A stretch of DNA of 63,991 nt, counting the filler, from Basidiobolus ranarum (taxonomy: Eukaryota), in the NCBI GenBank assembly GCA_040143965.1. It is 42 parts of 42 records of this genome, joined end to end, with 100 filler letters (N's around TTAATTAATTAA, not from the genome) between each part and the next. Parts side by side here need not be neighbours in the genome. Positions count along the whole stretch, not along the records: positions 61,056 to 62,473 come from JASJQH010005244.1; positions 62,574 to 63,991 come from JASJQH010005245.1; 40 more parts are not named here. The stretch is one strand, 5' to 3'. Position 1 is the first letter of the stretch. Each line of letters opens with the position of its first letter. The notes beneath the pieces were generated by a model. It had not been told where the DNA came from. It did no database searches and was given only the letters and a program-made list of their open reading frames with translations. Positions 61,057-63,991 of this stretch are shown one piece after another. Made by a program: the position numbers and the translations under genes.

Positions 61057-62473
61057 TTATTGGGAAAATATGGGCTGTTTGGAGGAACTGTAGAAAAGTG
61101 GAGTTGTGTATAGCATTTTGAGATAATTATTAAATGTCCAGAAAAAAAACAATTATAAAATTTGGAGGAAAAAAAGAAAACTAACACTGGGGTTGTGTTC
61201 ACAATATCTCTGGGAGTAAAATGAACTATCTTTGGGGCAACTTGGATAAGTTTGAAATTTCCAATAAGGAATTGCTAATTCTCACATTATTCCCATATAT
61301 ATAATATGTGTTCCAATTTTCAGTTAAGTGATATTTGACTAAGTAATCTTAACTAATTATTATGTGATATATGAGATAGTTAGGCGTATAAAGATAGAGA
61401 TAATAAATATGATAAAGACAATAAACTACAATACTCCCACTCAACTAAATATTCATATATCTTAATCCTAACTTAAATCTTAATTTTTCAAATTTTGGCT
61501 TGGGTAATGGTTTGGTAAGGATGTCGGCAATCATGTCCTCAGTTGGACAGTACTCCAGTTGGATGTGCTTACTCTCAATAGCTTCCCTACCAAAGTTATG
61601 TTGAATATCAATGTGCTACTTCTAACATGGAATTTGGGATTTTTAGCTAAAGAAACACAACTTTGATTATCCTAGAAATTATGGTTGGTGAACTTTGAAA
61701 AATGCCAAGTCTTTTAACAGCTTCCTTAACCGCATTGCTTCCTTTATTTTATGTGATGCTGCCATGTACTCTGCTTCAGTTGTTGAAAGTCCTACAGTGG
61801 GTTGTTTCTTGCTATTCCAAGATATGGCTTCTTCACTATAGAGAAAGGTATATCCAGTGATAGATCTTCTGTCCTCTATATCACATCCCCAATCAACTAC
61901 ACTAAACCCAATTAGATCCTTATTCTCATAAGAATATATGTATCTCAATCCCAGAGCAATTGTCCTCTTCAAATATCTGAAAATGCACTTAACTGCAGCA
62001 TAATGCTCAGATCCTGGGTTTTGCACATGTTTGCTGACTACTCCCACTGCAAAAGAGATATCTGGCTGGGCTCCAGTTGTAGCATAGATCAAAATACCTT
62101 CCATAGATTGATAAGGGAACTCAGATCTTTCAAAAGACATATTTGAGCCCTATTTGGCCAATTTTCATCTTTTTTGATGAGATTTTTGACTAGTTTCACA
62201 CCTGGATCCATGGGAGTTACTACTGGCTTACAATTCTCCATTCTGTAATGTCTGAGAATGTCTGAGATGTACCTAGATTGATTTAGAGTGCTAGATTTGC
62301 TCAATATATCTGTATGGATCTGCAGGCCTAAGAAATATGTATGTTCACCTAAATTGGTCATCTTAAATTGAACTGATAGATTGCTTTTGGTGTTCATAAG
62401 AGCTTCATAATTATTGGTAGCTATAATCAGATCATCTACATATAAGGCAAGTATCACCTTACTGTGCTTATCT
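61057..62473 (-). mobile_element. Copia C2 RT-RNase H and complete 3' LTR (61057-61432)
   Basis: LYVDDL, RRSITGY, LSTTEAEY. Confidence 0.93.
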
Positions 62474-62573
62474 NNNNNNNNNNNNNNNNNNNNNNNNNNN
62501 NNNNNNNNNNNNNNNNNTTAATTAATTAANNNNNNNNNNNNNNNNNNNNNNNNNNNNNNNNNNNNNNNNNNNN

Positions 62574-63991
62574 GAGACCAACGGAAAACTGCCTCTTGAC
62601 CTTGCTATGGACACTTTGAATACAATGTCATGACATTTGGACTTACCAATGCCCCTGCAATCTTTCAACACATGGTGAATGATATCTTCAGAGAGTATCT
62701 TGACCAATTTGTGGTAATCTACCTTGACAATGTCTTGGTCTTCTTAAGCTCTCAAGAAGAACATAATATTCATGTTTTCCAAGTCCTAGAAAAGTTGAAA
62801 ACCTCTGCTCTCTATGCCAAACTTGAGAAATGTGAATTTGAACAAGCTCAAGTTGAGTTCCTTGGATATAACATCAGCCCATCAGGCATCTCCATGGACC
62901 CTAAGAAGGTTAAATCTGTTCTGTCTTGGGATATTCCCAAGAATGTGAAGGATGACCATTCTTTCCTTGGATTTGCAAACTTTTACCAATGGTTTGTCAA
63001 GTACTGCTCCAAAATATCCGCTCCATCAACAAACCTTAAAAAGAAAGAACTCCCATTTGACCACAACCCATCTTGCCAACAAGAATTTGTAACTATAAAG
63101 AGTGCTTTTACCTCAGCACCAATCCTGGCACATCCAAAGCTAGGCAAGCCATTAATTGTTGAAACCAATGCATCCAACTTTGCTCTAGGAGCAGTATTAT
63201 AACAGTTTGATGATGACAACTTACCGCACCCTGTTGCCTTTAACTCAAGAAAGTTCTCTGCCACAGAAATCAACTATAACATCTATGACAAGGAACTTTT
63301 AGCAATTATTGATGCCTTTGAACAATGGCAACAATACTTGGATGGAGCAACTCACAAAATCACAGTTTATTGTAATCACAAGAATCTTTAGTATTTTAGT
63401 ACAACCAAAGTTCTCAACCTTTGTCAAGCAAGATGGTCATTATTTCTTGCCAGTTTTGATTTTGTTATTACATATTGACCAGGTAGCCAGCAAGGAAAGC
63501 CTGATGCCTTATCATGTAGAGCAGAATCTCAACCTAAAGAAGGGGATGAGGCCTTTGGCCAACAAAATACTTCCTTACTGAAGCCCCACCAACTTCAAAT
63601 CAGTGCAACTGCCCTTTCTCTTCCTAGTTCAAGCACATTCCATGAAGACATCTGCAAACTCCAATCTGAAGACCCATTGGTAATATCAATCAAGAAAGCC
63701 CAGGAAACACCCAAAGACCTCTCAAGCTTGAACCTGTACCGCCATTTCTCTATCATCAATGATCTCTTGTTTTATAAGAAGCACCTTTACATTCCAGACC
63801 ACACTTCCAGACTCAAAATCAAACAGGAAAGACATGATTCACCACTAGCAGGACACTTTGGTGTTGCCAAATCATACATGCTGCCATCCAGTGATTATTG
63901 GTGGCCCAAAATGTTTGCATTTGTCAAGACTTATGTTTCCACCTGTGGTACTTGTGCTCAAGTGAATACTCCAAGACATCAGTCCTATGGC
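62574..63991 (+). mobile_element. Ty3/gypsy (chromovirus-type) RT, RNase H and integrase zinc finger
   Basis: VMTFGLTNAPAIFQ, YLDN(D), FLGFANFY, ETNASNFALGAVL, YDKELLAI, HDSPLAGHFG..YWWP..CGTC. Confidence 0.95.

Noticed and set aside
1434-62573. Regularly spaced TTAATTAATTAA palindrome as a biological repeat or CRISPR-like array
   Set aside because: Always embedded in 44+44 Ns between length-sorted contigs; it is a concatenation linker.
1-63991. tRNA, rRNA, CRISPR or prokaryotic operons
   Set aside because: None recognisable; tRNA-like matches are only 9-13 nt primer-binding sites.

Overview
This window is not contiguous DNA. It is 42 short contigs (~1433 down to ~1418 bp, sorted by length) joined by a 100-bp artificial linker (44 N + TTAATTAATTAA + 44 N), so adjacency is meaningful only within a contig. 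The content is eukaryotic and fungal; an early-diverging lineage is my inference from the PEPCK and F-box sequences. Most contigs are nested, decayed transposons: at least four Ty1/copia families (three with a Ty5/copia-type half-tRNA-iMet primer site, one with a conventional 3'-end site), a chromodomain Ty3/gypsy family with a -1 frameshift signal, a second gypsy lineage, and many copies of a CMC/CACTA-type DNA transposon. Overlapping copies let that transposon be largely reconstructed: 13-bp TIRs CCCTAACA(A/G)AAAT, CpG-rich palindromic subterminal repeats, an intron-containing Tnp2-type transposase reading toward one end, and an unrecognised ~580-aa accessory ORF reading toward the other (divergent layout). 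This element is the best candidate for an undescribed system. Repeats are almost stripped of CpG (CG->TG/CA), whereas three host-gene contigs keep CpG: a tandem pair of ATP-dependent PEP carboxykinase genes, an intronless D-amino-acid-oxidase-family gene, and tandem F-box/LRR genes. Two further CpG-eroded, unexplained loci are a 38-aa KR-DEA repeat protein and an RG-rich/coiled-coil ORF followed by a Kelch gene. Family assignments come from motif recognition by eye; no database searches were run.
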